Virus record (IMG/VR): IMGVR_UViG_3300025696_000002
Span: 1 to 40,595 of that record
Direction: 5' to 3' (one strand)
DNA: 40,595 nucleotides
Origin: a virus
The notes beneath the pieces were generated by a model, which worked only from the letters and a program-made list of their open reading frames with translations, ran no database searches and was not told where the DNA came from. Below, piece by piece: positions 16,879 through 26,242 of this stretch; positions within the stretch are counted from its first letter, which is position 1; every line of letters starts with the position of its first letter. The position numbers and the translations under genes are program-made.

Positions 16879-17220
16879 ATGCGTATCGGGCCTATGCGGC
16901 ACCGCGTAAGTATCCAGGCGGTGAACTACGAGCAAAACCCGGTCACGGGCGAAATGACTGAAACCTGGCAGGAAGTGAAAAAGGTTTATGCACGAGTCGA
17001 GCCGCTATCCGCACGGGAATTTATCGCCGCACAGCAGGCGAACAGCGAAGTTTCAGCGCGAATAACGATTAGATACCGCGATGACATTACCGCAGATATG
17101 CGGATTGTTCACCGGGGGGAAATATACGACGTTCAGGGGCAGTTACCCGACAATAATAGCGGTCTCGATTACCTGACAATCCTGGTTAAACAGGGCGCAA
17201 GCGACGGCGGAAATGTCTAG
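16879..17220 (+). CDS. Head-tail adaptor / head closure protein
   Basis: 113 aa. MRHRVSIQ...W..V.ARVEPLSAREF...ITIRYRDDIT matches the phage head-tail joining family pattern. Confidence 0.7.
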   Translation: MRIGPMRHRVSIQAVNYEQNPVTGEMTETWQEVKKVYARVEPLSAREFIAAQQANSEVSARITIRYRDDITADMRIVHRGEIYDVQGQLPDNNSGLDYLTILVKQGASDGGNV

Positions 17221-17656
17221 CGAATCTAGCATAACCGGGCTGGACGAGCTGCGGGCTAATATCCAGGGCGTTACCGACGACATGGAGCGCAAAGGCGGCC
17301 GGTTTGCGCTCAGGAAGGCCGCAAACGTTATCAGAGATCAGGCTAGAGCCAACGCCTTGAAAGTAGACGACCCGAAAACGCCTGAATCAATTGCCGCCAA
17401 CATCGAAACACGGTGGAACGGAAAAGTATTCAAGCGAACCGGCGATATAGGGTTCCGCATTGGCGTGCTGAACAAAGGCAAGGGCGGCGACACGTTTTAC
17501 TGGCGCTTTTTGGAGTTTGGCACCGAGCAAGCCAAGGCACAGCCTTTTCTACGGCCCGCCGCGACCAGCAAAGAGGGCGAGGCGATTGGCGAGTTTGTAG
17601 CTCAATACGGCAAAGCCTTGAGCCGCCATCTAGCGAAGGCTAAAAAGGCCAAATAA
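17213..17656 (+). CDS. HK97 gp10-family tail-attachment component
   Basis: FALRKAANVIRDQA...YWRFLEFGTEQAKAQPFLRPA is the gp10-family signature. Confidence 0.7.
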   Translation: MSSESSITGLDELRANIQGVTDDMERKGGRFALRKAANVIRDQARANALKVDDPKTPESIAANIETRWNGKVFKRTGDIGFRIGVLNKGKGGDTFYWRFLEFGTEQAKAQPFLRPAATSKEGEAIGEFVAQYGKALSRHLAKAKKAK

Positions 17657-18024
17657 TGTTCCCGAATATTTTTCAAGTAGCCGTTGCAGACGAATCTGTT
17701 ACGGCGCTTTTGGGCGCGTTGCCGACTCGCTTTTATCACTCTGGAAAATCAGAGCAGGGCGGAGCGCTGCCTTACGCAACGTGGCAAGTAGTTGCCGGCT
17801 CGCCAGAAAACTACATCGACAGCGCGCCTGATATCGACATGTATTCGATACAGATTGACGTATGGGCTAACAGCCTACGCAGCGCCAGAAACGTCGCTGA
17901 GGCTCTCCGGGACGCATTCGAGGGCCGCGCACACATCACGTCATGGCGCGGCGAAAGTACCGACGAAACAACCAACCACCACAACTACAGTTTTGACATT
18001 GACTGGTTCGAGAAGCGAACCTAA
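17656..18024 (+). CDS. Tail completion/terminator-like protein (DUF3168-like)
   Basis: 122 aa. Position before the tube gene and the pattern V.ALLG..P.R.Y....Q....PY. Confidence 0.5.
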   Translation: MFPNIFQVAVADESVTALLGALPTRFYHSGKSEQGGALPYATWQVVAGSPENYIDSAPDIDMYSIQIDVWANSLRSARNVAEALRDAFEGRAHITSWRGESTDETTNHHNYSFDIDWFEKRT

Positions 18025-18039
18025 ACGGAGCAACAACGC

Positions 18040-18513
18040 ATGGCTATTTTATCGCAAGGCACCAAAATCTATTTTATTGACCCGTCGGATGATTCGGTTG
18101 TTACCGTGAAGTGCGCAACAACCCTAACCCCTGGCGGCAACCCTTCGGATCAGATCGAAACCACTTGCCTTGAAGAGTTTTCTCGGTCGTATTTACCCGG
18201 CCTGCGCACACCCGGCCAGGCGACCATTGGCCTCAATGCAGACCCGTCTGTGCCATCCCATGTGCGCATGGGGGAACTGGCGGAACAAAACCCGCAAGAA
18301 GTGCTGAAATGGACGGTCGGGTGGTCTGACGGAACCGAAGCGCCGACCGTCGCCGACGGTGACTTTGTGCTGCCTGATACGCGTACATGGTTCAGCTTTC
18401 AGGGCTACATCAGCGATTTCCCGTTCGATTTTGCACAGAACACGGTCGTTACGACTTCAGTGACCGTTCAGCGCTCTGGTGCGTCTAGCTGGACTCAGAA
18501 GGCTGTCGTTTAA
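18040..18513 (+). CDS. Major tail tube protein
   Basis: 157 aa, directly upstream of the chaperone pair and tape measure. The N-terminal GTKIYFIDP pattern is typical of siphovirus tube proteins. Confidence 0.65.
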   Translation: MAILSQGTKIYFIDPSDDSVVTVKCATTLTPGGNPSDQIETTCLEEFSRSYLPGLRTPGQATIGLNADPSVPSHVRMGELAEQNPQEVLKWTVGWSDGTEAPTVADGDFVLPDTRTWFSFQGYISDFPFDFAQNTVVTTSVTVQRSGASSWTQKAVV

Positions 18514-18878
18514 TGTCACTTAGTGTCAAAAGCCTAACCGAGTCGGGCGCGTTTACCGGTGCGCCGGTAGAGCGTGAAATCAAGTGGATGCAGAAAGGCA
18601 AGGAGCATAAGGCCACTACCTTTGTACGGCCGCTTTCTTACAATTCTGCCGTATCTGATATTCGTTCAGCGTCCACCAACGGCGACCCCGTTGCCGGGCG
18701 AATCGCCGCTTGTATCGTCGATGAAAAAGGCGCGCCGGTGTTCACCGTCGACGACATTTTGCACGGCCCGAAAGACTCTGACGGCAATCACATGGGTGCG
18801 CTTGATGCGGGACTAACGATGGCGCTGCTGCAAGTTATATCCGAGGTAACTGGCCTGGGGGAGACCCCGGCGAGCTAA
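18513..18878 (+). CDS. Tail assembly chaperone (gpG-like)
   Basis: 121 aa. Lies between the tube and tape-measure genes and is followed by a -1-frame ORF with no independent RBS. Confidence 0.6.
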   Translation: MSLSVKSLTESGAFTGAPVEREIKWMQKGKEHKATTFVRPLSYNSAVSDIRSASTNGDPVAGRIAACIVDEKGAPVFTVDDILHGPKDSDGNHMGALDAGLTMALLQVISEVTGLGETPAS

Positions 18879-19168
18879 GCAATGAGGATGAGGTGTGGTG
18901 CGAGCTGGTCGCTAACGGAATTGGCGGCCGCACCATTGCCGAGGCCCAGTCTGTCATGTCATACCGGGAATTTTTGGTCTGGCTGGCGTACCGCAAGCGC
19001 CGAGGCACCCTCAACACCGGGTTACGGCTCGACGGCGGATTTGCTTTGCTCGCATCGCTCTACGCAAACGCGCATTCAAAAGATGGCGGGTTTACGCCAG
19101 CTAATTTCATGCCTTACGAAGATGAGCGGGAAGTTTCGCTCGATGAGGCCATGTCGGAATGGACATAA
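18513..19168 (+). CDS. Predicted G-T-like fusion chaperone made by -1 programmed frameshift
   Basis: The -1 frame is open from at least 18842 through 19168. A G5 run (CTGGGGGAG, 18855-18863) sits 13 nt before the gpG-like stop. The downstream part (SYREFLVWLAYRKRRG...LASLYANAHSKDGGF) resembles lambda gpT-type domains. Confidence 0.5.
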
Positions 19169-19200
19169 ACCGCTGATAAATCAACACCGGAGCAAGCCGC

Positions 19201-21630
19201 ATGGCTAGCCGATCACTTGGCACGTTGACCATTGACCTGATCGCCAAAACGGGCGGATTTGTACAGGGCATGTCGAAAGCTGAGCGCGAGTCGAAGCGCT
19301 GGCGAAACGAAGTGCAAAAAGACCTGAGCGCGGTTAGCCGGTCGCTAAAAATTGCAGGCACCGCCGCCGTAGTGGGGTTGGGCGCGATGATTACCCAGAC
19401 CGTGAAAACGGCGAAGGAAGTCAGCAATCTGGCCACGGTGGCCGGCACCACGCCGCAGGCGCTGCAGCGGTTTGCCTTTGCTGCTGAGCGGCTAGGCTTG
19501 CCGATAGATAAAGTCGCCGACATTCTCAAGGATGTAAACGACAAGGTCGGCGACTTTCTGCAAACCGGCGGGGGCCCGCTAAAGGATTTTTTCGAGAACA
19601 TAGCGCCCGCTGTTGGCGTTACCGCAGAGCAGTTTAAGGGGCTGGCCGGCGATGAAGCGCTGGGGCTCTACGTTTCCAGCCTCGAAAAAGCCAACCTTTC
19701 GCAAAGCGAAATGACTTTCTTTATGGAAGCCATTGCCAACGATGCCACGCTGCTAACTCCGCTGTTTAAGGATAACAGCAGAGAATTGAAACGGCTAAGC
19801 GACCAAGCAGACGAATTCGGCGTAGTGTTATCCGACATAGAGCTAACCCAGCTCAAAGCGGTAGGCGAAAACGTTGCTGAATTAAAGGGCGCGTTTACCG
19901 GGCTGACTCGCGAGGTTTCGCTCGTAGCCATACCGGCCGTTGAAGATTTAACCAATTTTCTTGCCGATCCTGCGACGCTTGAAGCCGCAAAAACGCTGGC
20001 TAACGGAATCGTTAAGGCATTCACGGCAGCGGGTGAGGCTTTAAAAACAACGGTCGGGCTCGCCAAATTTTTAGGCCAGGAGCTTGCCGCCGCAGTAGGC
20101 GGAATTGCCGGAGACGACATTATTCGTCTGGAAGCGAAGGCCGAAAAGCTGCGAGACCTGATCGAAAAGCCGTTTAACTTACGCTCAGGCGCTCAGGAAA
20201 AAGAGCTTGCTGAAATTGAAAGTCAAATTTCGGCCTACTATAAAAATCAAGAAGAACTGGCGCGCCAGCAAGCGCGCAAGCTCAAAGAAATAACCACCGA
20301 TTCGGCCGGCGAAGAATCGGCAGAACGGATAAAAGCGGCTCGGCAAACCGCTGAGATTGTCTCGAAAATTGAGACCGAAGCCGACCGCAAGAAAATGAAG
20401 GCGGCGCAAGCTTCTGCCGACGCGGCCAAGGCGGCCGCCGATGCAGTCGATAGTGCATTCGCCTCGGCTGAGGCGGGCTACAAACGCCAGATAGCGCTGA
20501 TTGGCGAAACAAGCGAAGCCTCTGCACTGCTGCAGGATATAGAGCGCGGCCGGCTTGTTGGCATAAACGATGCGCAGCAAAAACGGCTGATCGAATTAGC
20601 GAAAGAGCTAGACTCAATCAACGATCTGCAAAGCGCTCAGGAGCGGTACGCGCGCTTGGTTGAGAGCTTAAAAACAGACGCAGAGCGAACTAACGACACA
20701 CTGCGCGAACGGCTAATGATACTCGACCAGATGTCGGGACTGTCGGACAGCGAGCGCACCGATACCCTCTCGCGAATAGTTGAAGATACCTCGGCCACCG
20801 CCCCTGATTTTGCCGGCCTGGATTCCAGCGTGGGCGGCGTTTCCAGCGAAATAGGCAAGATTGATGAGGCTCGGATAGAGCTGGAAAGCTGGTACGAAAC
20901 CCAGCTTGAAATGCTCGCGAGCTTCCGGTCTGACCGCGCGGATTTGAATGCGGTATGGGATGAACAAGAGCTAGCGCTTACAGAGGAGCGCGACGCTAAA
21001 TTAGATAAAATCAACGAGGCCCGATCCGCTGCGCAGCTGGTTGCGGCCGCTGACTTGGCGGGCTCTCTAACCAATATCGCCCGGCAATTCGCAGGCGAGC
21101 AGTCCGGCATTTATAAAGCGCTTTTTTTAGTTGAGCAAAGCATATCCATAGCCCGGTCTATCGCGGCCATCAACACCGCAATAGCGCTTGCTGCCGCGTC
21201 CGGGCCGCCGCCGTTTAATTTTGCTGCTATTGCGGGCGTAGCCGCAGCCACCGCCGGCTTAGTGGGCAATATCGCAGCGCTAAACGTGCAGGGCCAGGCG
21301 CACGACGGCATTGATTCTGTGCCCGCCACCGGAACCTGGATTTTGGAAAAAGGCGAGCGGGTTACTACCTCAAAAACCAGCGCCAAGCTAGATCGCACGC
21401 TGGAAGAAGTAAAGGCCCGCGGCGGCGGCAACATGCAGCTGAGTATCACCGTTGAGAACCACGGCACTAACGTTCGCGCGGAAACCCAGCAGACAGATGA
21501 AAAATCGGCCGTAGTTCGGCTGTATCCTGAATTTCGAAGACTCATGGCGAACGATATAGCGCGCGGCGGAAACGAGGCGGCCAGGTCGCTAGAGTCCACC
21601 TACCCCAATTTATCAAGAGCGGGAATTTAA
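19201..21630 (+). CDS. Tape measure protein
   Basis: 809 aa, Ala/Glu/Leu-rich and long-helical, with a hydrophobic Gly/Ala segment near the C-terminus. Canonical position. Confidence 0.9.
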   Translation: MASRSLGTLTIDLIAKTGGFVQGMSKAERESKRWRNEVQKDLSAVSRSLKIAGTAAVVGLGAMITQTVKTAKEVSNLATVAGTTPQALQRFAFAAERLGLPIDKVADILKDVNDKVGDFLQTGGGPLKDFFENIAPAVGVTAEQFKGLAGDEALGLYVSSLEKANLSQSEMTFFMEAIANDATLLTPLFKDNSRELKRLSDQADEFGVVLSDIELTQLKAVGENVAELKGAFTGLTREVSLVAIPAVEDLTNFLADPATLEAAKTLANGIVKAFTAAGEALKTTVGLAKFLGQELAAAVGGIAGDDIIRLEAKAEKLRDLIEKPFNLRSGAQEKELAEIESQISAYYKNQEELARQQARKLKEITTDSAGEESAERIKAARQTAEIVSKIETEADRKKMKAAQASADAAKAAADAVDSAFASAEAGYKRQIALIGETSEASALLQDIERGRLVGINDAQQKRLIELAKELDSINDLQSAQERYARLVESLKTDAERTNDTLRERLMILDQMSGLSDSERTDTLSRIVEDTSATAPDFAGLDSSVGGVSSEIGKIDEARIELESWYETQLEMLASFRSDRADLNAVWDEQELALTEERDAKLDKINEARSAAQLVAAADLAGSLTNIARQFAGEQSGIYKALFLVEQSISIARSIAAINTAIALAAASGPPPFNFAAIAGVAAATAGLVGNIAALNVQGQAHDGIDSVPATGTWILEKGERVTTSKTSAKLDRTLEEVKARGGGNMQLSITVENHGTNVRAETQQTDEKSAVVRLYPEFRRLMANDIARGGNEAARSLESTYPNLSRAGI

Positions 21631-22124
21631 TGACGAGCATCCACTGGCCCGAGCTTCTGCCGGCTCCGTTAATAAGTGAGTTTAATTTAAGCCCCGTCAA
21701 TCTTGTGCAGCGCACGCCTTTTATAAGCGGGCCGATTCGTGCGCGACAGGAGTTTGCAGACGGGCCGATTGCTATACAGCTTGCATTTGTAATGACGGCT
21801 GACCAGTTCAGCTTATTCACCGGCTTTCTCGCGCACGAAATCAATCAAGGGGCTGCGGCGTTTTTGCTTCGGCTAAACCTGGGTAATGGTTACAGGGATC
21901 AGGAGGTTATGTTTACTTCCGACTACCAGTCCAGCCCTTTATCTGGCGGGACTAAGCGCGTTTCAATTGCTGCCGTAGCACTGCGGCGCGACATAATTTC
22001 ATCTGAGCAATACCAGTTCGCAAAAATAGGCATTACCGCCGAAAAGGCCGAACGCTTGCGCGTGGTCGCCAATGAAGATTATCCGGATGCTGTAGAAGGC
22101 TTTACCCCGGGCGGCGAGGACTAA
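21630..22124 (+). CDS. Minor (distal) tail protein
   Basis: 164 aa. ATGA/TAATG coupling on both sides. Position directly after the tape measure. Confidence 0.5.
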   Translation: MTSIHWPELLPAPLISEFNLSPVNLVQRTPFISGPIRARQEFADGPIAIQLAFVMTADQFSLFTGFLAHEINQGAAAFLLRLNLGNGYRDQEVMFTSDYQSSPLSGGTKRVSIAAVALRRDIISSEQYQFAKIGITAEKAERLRVVANEDYPDAVEGFTPGGED

Positions 22125-22606
22125 TGGCCAGCGCATCGCGCCGCCCCTGCCTGGAGCTGCAGCACGCGATTATTACCGCCAAATTTGGTGGGCCGCTGCG
22201 CATCGTGCCCGGCTTCGGCGGTGTAATGGCAAGAATAGAAAGCGGCGGCATGGCCACCTTTGAGGCGGTGCCCATGCGGGTAGCGCTACCCGCCGACAGC
22301 GATACCGGCCGGCGCGAACTGAAGGCCAGCGTGGGCACGGTAGATGGGCAACTGGAACAGTTATTCCGAGCCATCGGCCGCAGCACGGCCTCGTGTTTTT
22401 GTGTTCTGCGCGAGTACGACCCGGCCTTAATTAATGCCGATGAATCGGTAGGGGGCTTTATTGGCCAGCCCGAAATACTCGAGCTGGCCAATAGCAGTTA
22501 CGCTACCGCCGCCGTCGCGCTCACGTTTTCCAACGTTGAGTTAATAAACATCAGCATACCCCGGCTGTTCTACACCACCGCCAATTCACCAGGCCTGCTC
22601 TCGTGA
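22124..22606 (+). CDS. Minor tail protein (DUF1833-like)
   Basis: 160 aa. Position and general pattern only. Weak by-eye call. Confidence 0.4.
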   Translation: MASASRRPCLELQHAIITAKFGGPLRIVPGFGGVMARIESGGMATFEAVPMRVALPADSDTGRRELKASVGTVDGQLEQLFRAIGRSTASCFCVLREYDPALINADESVGGFIGQPEILELANSSYATAAVALTFSNVELINISIPRLFYTTANSPGLLS

Positions 22607-22956
22607 GCCTGCTGCAGCGCGGCGGCGACGTTATACCCGGCAACTGCTGGGATGTTGTGCGCCTGCGCTGGCCTCAACTGCCGGCGGCCAGCGTTAGCCA
22701 GGGGCCGCGCACACTGCGCCAGCTGCTGGCCTCTGGCCGATGGCATCGCTGCGCGCCCACTGAGCCGGAATACTGGTGGCGCAGCTGGCATCCGCGCGTG
22801 GGCTACCACGTGGGTTTATGCCTCACTACCGACCGGCCGTACATTTTGCACCGCTGTGATGCCACCGGGCGGTTGCTCATACAGCCGCGCGCAGCCTTTT
22901 TGCGCCAGCTGCTGCGGCCGCTGCGCTGTTATAAACCCGTTAAAGGCTTTAAATAA
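22603..22956 (+). CDS. Tail-associated NlpC/P60-like peptidase (putative)
   Basis: GTG start overlapping the upstream stop. GNCWDVVRL (candidate Cys nucleophile) and GYHVGLCL (candidate His) resemble the phage NlpC/P60 cell-wall peptidase family. Preferred over the overlapping 22652-23071 frame. Confidence 0.5.
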   Translation: MSLLQRGGDVIPGNCWDVVRLRWPQLPAASVSQGPRTLRQLLASGRWHRCAPTEPEYWWRSWHPRVGYHVGLCLTTDRPYILHRCDATGRLLIQPRAAFLRQLLRPLRCYKPVKGFK

Positions 22957-25900
22957 TGGCCGGTATTATCATATCTACCGCCGCGCTGTTTTTCGGCGCG
23001 CGAGCCGTGTATCGGCTGCTGGAACTGCCGCCCACGCCCGAGGCCGGCAGCCGCGACCCACTGCGCAATAAAACGCTGAAGGCCAACCTTGAGCGGCTCG
23101 GCGAGCCGATGCCCGTACTGCTTGGCACGTACCGCATCTACCCCGATCTGCGCGCCAACAGCTTTACCGATGTGCGCGGCGGGGAAACTCTTACCTATTT
23201 AAATTTAACGGTTTGCATTGGCGAGGCCGACGTTACCGACATAAAGCTCGGCGAATCGCTGGCCTCTGGCATTGAAGGCTTGCAAACGGCGGTTTACCGG
23301 CCCGGTGAGGCGTTAACGCTGTACCCGGCCAATGTGTATACCTCACCCGACATTAACAACGTAGAACTTGAGCCGCCGAGCCTGACCGAAACCGACGAGA
23401 CCTGCACGTTCCGAGGAAATCGCGTTATTTTCGGCCCGCCCGGAACCTTTAGCGGTTTGAGCGCCGGCGACACTCTGCTGGTAAGCGGCGCGGCTCCGGC
23501 AACGCAGCTGGCCGGTAACTTTAGTTTGCTGAATCAGCAAAACGCTCAGGGCTTCAATCTGATTGATCCTAACGGCCAAACCGACTTTTCGGTACTTGAC
23601 CGCGCTGGCCCGTTAACGCTGCAATTCGGCAGCAGCGCGATGAGCACGCTTTACCGCCAGCCCCTGGCCGCCGCCGAGCCGGCCGGGCTAGCGATAGGCG
23701 CGGATTTGCCAAACGCCACCGGTGCCACAACAATAACCGGCAGTGATACGAACAACGGCAGCATTACGTTGCTGTCGGTAAACAGCAACGCATCACAAAT
23801 TACCGTGGCCGAACCGCTGCAAGATGAAACCGCAGCAGTGCGTTTTACCCGGCTTACCGGTGGTAGTACCGCGTTTGTACGTACTAGCCAGCAGGGCCAG
23901 CTGATTAACGAGGTGGGCATTACGATGAGCTACCTCATATATCGCCGCAACGGTGACGGTTTTCTGCGCGACAAATTTGTGCGGTTTGCCGTGAACCTGC
24001 AGCCGGTAAACGATGCCGGCACGCCGATAGGCATGCCGTTTGAAATAGGACAATTTTTAATTGGCGGGCAAAGCACCAGCCCTGAACAAGACGCGTTCAA
24101 TTTTACCGGCTTCCCGCTCGGACAATATCGCCTGCAAGTACAACGCATAACGCCCGATGTTAGTGATGACGGCGAGCCTGATGATACCTCGGTAGTAGAT
24201 GTGCGCGGCTACATACCGGGCGAAGTGCGCTATGCCGACACTACCCAACTTGTGGCGATTGTGCCCAGCGACGCGATTGGTCAAAGTTCGGCCAACCGAA
24301 TTAACTGCGTGGCCACCAAAAAGCTGCCGGTGTACGAAAGCGGTGGCTGGACGGAGCCCCGCGCCACCGATGATATTGCCTGGCACGTTTGGGACATCTG
24401 CACCAACACCGAATACGGCCGGGGTTTGCCGGCCGAAGCGATAGACCTGGAGGAGCTACTACGCCTGAACGAAGTTTGGAAAGCGCGGGGCGACACCATT
24501 GGCGGGCTGGTGAATAGCGGCACTACCTTTTGGCCACTGCTGGAAAATATGCTGCGCATTGGCCGAACCCGGCCTATTGCCGGGGCTGGGTTTATTACGT
24601 TTTGGCGCGATGAACCGAGCGACATCGTGCAGGGGCATTTCAACGACCGCAATATTTTGCCCGATAGCCTTGAGCTTACTGAATCGCCAAAGCGCCAGGG
24701 CGAGCCCAATAGCCTGGAAATTGAATATATTGACGGCACCACCTGGCAGAAAACCAGCGTACTGTGCCGGCTGCCGGGCGCGGTCGACGACGGGCTGAAG
24801 CCCACCCGCCGCACGCTCGACTACTGCATAGATCGGCAGCAGGCGTACCGGGAAGGGCTTTACATTCTGGCCGTGGATCAATATCGCCGTGAATCACTGA
24901 ATTTTAGCAGCGAGCGCGGCGGCTCAGTAATGGGTTTCGGCGGCCATATCGACGTAACCCGGCCCACCGCCAACAACGGCCAGGGCAGCGATATTATTGG
25001 TGCGGGGCTGGATGATAACGACCGCGCCGTGCTGCTGAGCCGCGAACCCCTGGAATGGAGCGCCGCCGGGCCGTACACGCTGCGCCTGTGGGATGAGCGA
25101 GGCAACGTAAATGCGCCGATAACTGCCGAGCGCGGTGAAACCGACCGGCATATCGTTGTCACCGACGGCAGTACTCCGGCCGTTACGACCGACCCCAACG
25201 CCGTGCAAACGCTGTTTACGCTGAGCACCACCGACCACACGCCGCTGCGCTGCATTACCATGAACCGCACGCGGGGCGAGGGCGAGCAATGGCAGCTTGA
25301 AACGCTAATAGACGACCCGCGCGTGCACGACTTTGACAGTATCGCCGCGCCCGACGGGAACGCGGTAGCCGAAGCGGCGGAAAACCTGAGCATTGCCAGC
25401 GTATCGGCTGTGAGCAATAGCGACGGCAGCGCACTGGCTATTAGCTACACGGCGGCCGCCGATGCCCAGCAATACATTATCGACATTGGCAACAGCAACG
25501 GCTTTAACTATCGGCGGGTGGCGCAAATACGCGGAACTCAATTTATTCTACCCACCGAGCCTGGCGATGTTAAATGGGTTAGCGTGCGCGTAGCGGCCAT
25601 TGGCGGCGTGCGCGGGCCGAGTGTTAGCACCTTGGCTTTTATCGGCAGTGCCAGCCCGCCGCGCCCGGTAAGCAACCTGGAAACCCAGAGCCCGTTCACC
25701 GGCGATTTTGTCAAATGGCAGTGGGGCCCCGGCCAGGGTGCAACATCGTACAGAGTGCGGATATTCGGCGACGATGGTGTGGGCAATACTCTGTTTCGCG
25801 TTGTCACTACCCAGTCGCTAAGTTTCACCTATACGCTCGGACAATGCACTGAAGACGGCGGCCCGCTGCGCTGGCTGACGATTGAAGTTTCATCACTAAA

Positions 25901-26240
25901 CGATTCCGGCCAAAGCACCTCAAAAACCCTTACCAGCATCAACCCCGCGCCTACTGTGTTGTTTACGCCTGTCGCCAACGACAACGGTGGCATTAACGAG
26001 CGCGACTACACGCTGAGCTGGCAGCCCAGCCCCGCTGTGGATTTAGCCGGCTATATCGTCTGGGCCAGCGATTCGCCGGGCTTTACCCCGGCGCCAGAGA
26101 ATCAAATATATCGCGGCCCGGCCGTTGAATACCGCCACACATCGCCGCCTGGCCAGTCGGTGTACTGGCGCGCCGCTGCGTTCGACGTATGGGGCGAACG
26201 AATAACTGAACTTAATTTAACCGCTGAGCAGAGCTACTAA
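22956..26240 (+). CDS. Host-specificity / central tail fibre protein (lambda J-like)
   Basis: 1094 aa. Largest gene after the tape measure. C-terminal FN3-like repeats (e.g. ...FTGDFVKWQWGPGQGATSYRVRIF..., ...YTLSWQPSPAVDLAGYIVWAS...). Confidence 0.75.
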   Translation: MAGIIISTAALFFGARAVYRLLELPPTPEAGSRDPLRNKTLKANLERLGEPMPVLLGTYRIYPDLRANSFTDVRGGETLTYLNLTVCIGEADVTDIKLGESLASGIEGLQTAVYRPGEALTLYPANVYTSPDINNVELEPPSLTETDETCTFRGNRVIFGPPGTFSGLSAGDTLLVSGAAPATQLAGNFSLLNQQNAQGFNLIDPNGQTDFSVLDRAGPLTLQFGSSAMSTLYRQPLAAAEPAGLAIGADLPNATGATTITGSDTNNGSITLLSVNSNASQITVAEPLQDETAAVRFTRLTGGSTAFVRTSQQGQLINEVGITMSYLIYRRNGDGFLRDKFVRFAVNLQPVNDAGTPIGMPFEIGQFLIGGQSTSPEQDAFNFTGFPLGQYRLQVQRITPDVSDDGEPDDTSVVDVRGYIPGEVRYADTTQLVAIVPSDAIGQSSANRINCVATKKLPVYESGGWTEPRATDDIAWHVWDICTNTEYGRGLPAEAIDLEELLRLNEVWKARGDTIGGLVNSGTTFWPLLENMLRIGRTRPIAGAGFITFWRDEPSDIVQGHFNDRNILPDSLELTESPKRQGEPNSLEIEYIDGTTWQKTSVLCRLPGAVDDGLKPTRRTLDYCIDRQQAYREGLYILAVDQYRRESLNFSSERGGSVMGFGGHIDVTRPTANNGQGSDIIGAGLDDNDRAVLLSREPLEWSAAGPYTLRLWDERGNVNAPITAERGETDRHIVVTDGSTPAVTTDPNAVQTLFTLSTTDHTPLRCITMNRTRGEGEQWQLETLIDDPRVHDFDSIAAPDGNAVAEAAENLSIASVSAVSNSDGSALAISYTAAADAQQYIIDIGNSNGFNYRRVAQIRGTQFILPTEPGDVKWVSVRVAAIGGVRGPSVSTLAFIGSASPPRPVSNLETQSPFTGDFVKWQWGPGQGATSYRVRIFGDDGVGNTLFRVVTTQSLSFTYTLGQCTEDGGPLRWLTIEVSSLNDSGQSTSKTLTSINPAPTVLFTPVANDNGGINERDYTLSWQPSPAVDLAGYIVWASDSPGFTPAPENQIYRGPAVEYRHTSPPGQSVYWRAAAFDVWGERITELNLTAEQSY

Positions 26241-26242
26241 CT

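Noticed and set aside
18882-19208. 108-aa ORF in the third frame across the chaperone/tape-measure junction.
   Set aside because: It overlaps the gpT-like frame and the tape-measure start, and its composition is antisense-like/low-complexity. The -1 frame has the recognisable gpT-like sequence.
22652-23071. 139-aa ORF overlapping the 22603-22956 frame and the start of the host-specificity gene.
   Set aside because: Its translation is Ala/Arg/Cys-rich with no motif. The alternative frame has NlpC/P60-like Cys and His motifs and exact start/stop coupling to both neighbours.
19107-25417. Long minus-strand ORFs inside plus-strand structural genes (for example 19107-19601, 19668-20120, 20637-21110, 21111-21599, 24281-24814, 24878-25417; similar ones lie at 2062-2403, 6019-6498, 8772-9281 and 10446-11290).
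   Set aside because: They lie fully within confidently assigned, motif-bearing genes on the other strand and have Ser/Arg/Ala/Pro-rich low-complexity translations typical of antisense frames in GC-rich DNA. They show no start-site context or operon logic.
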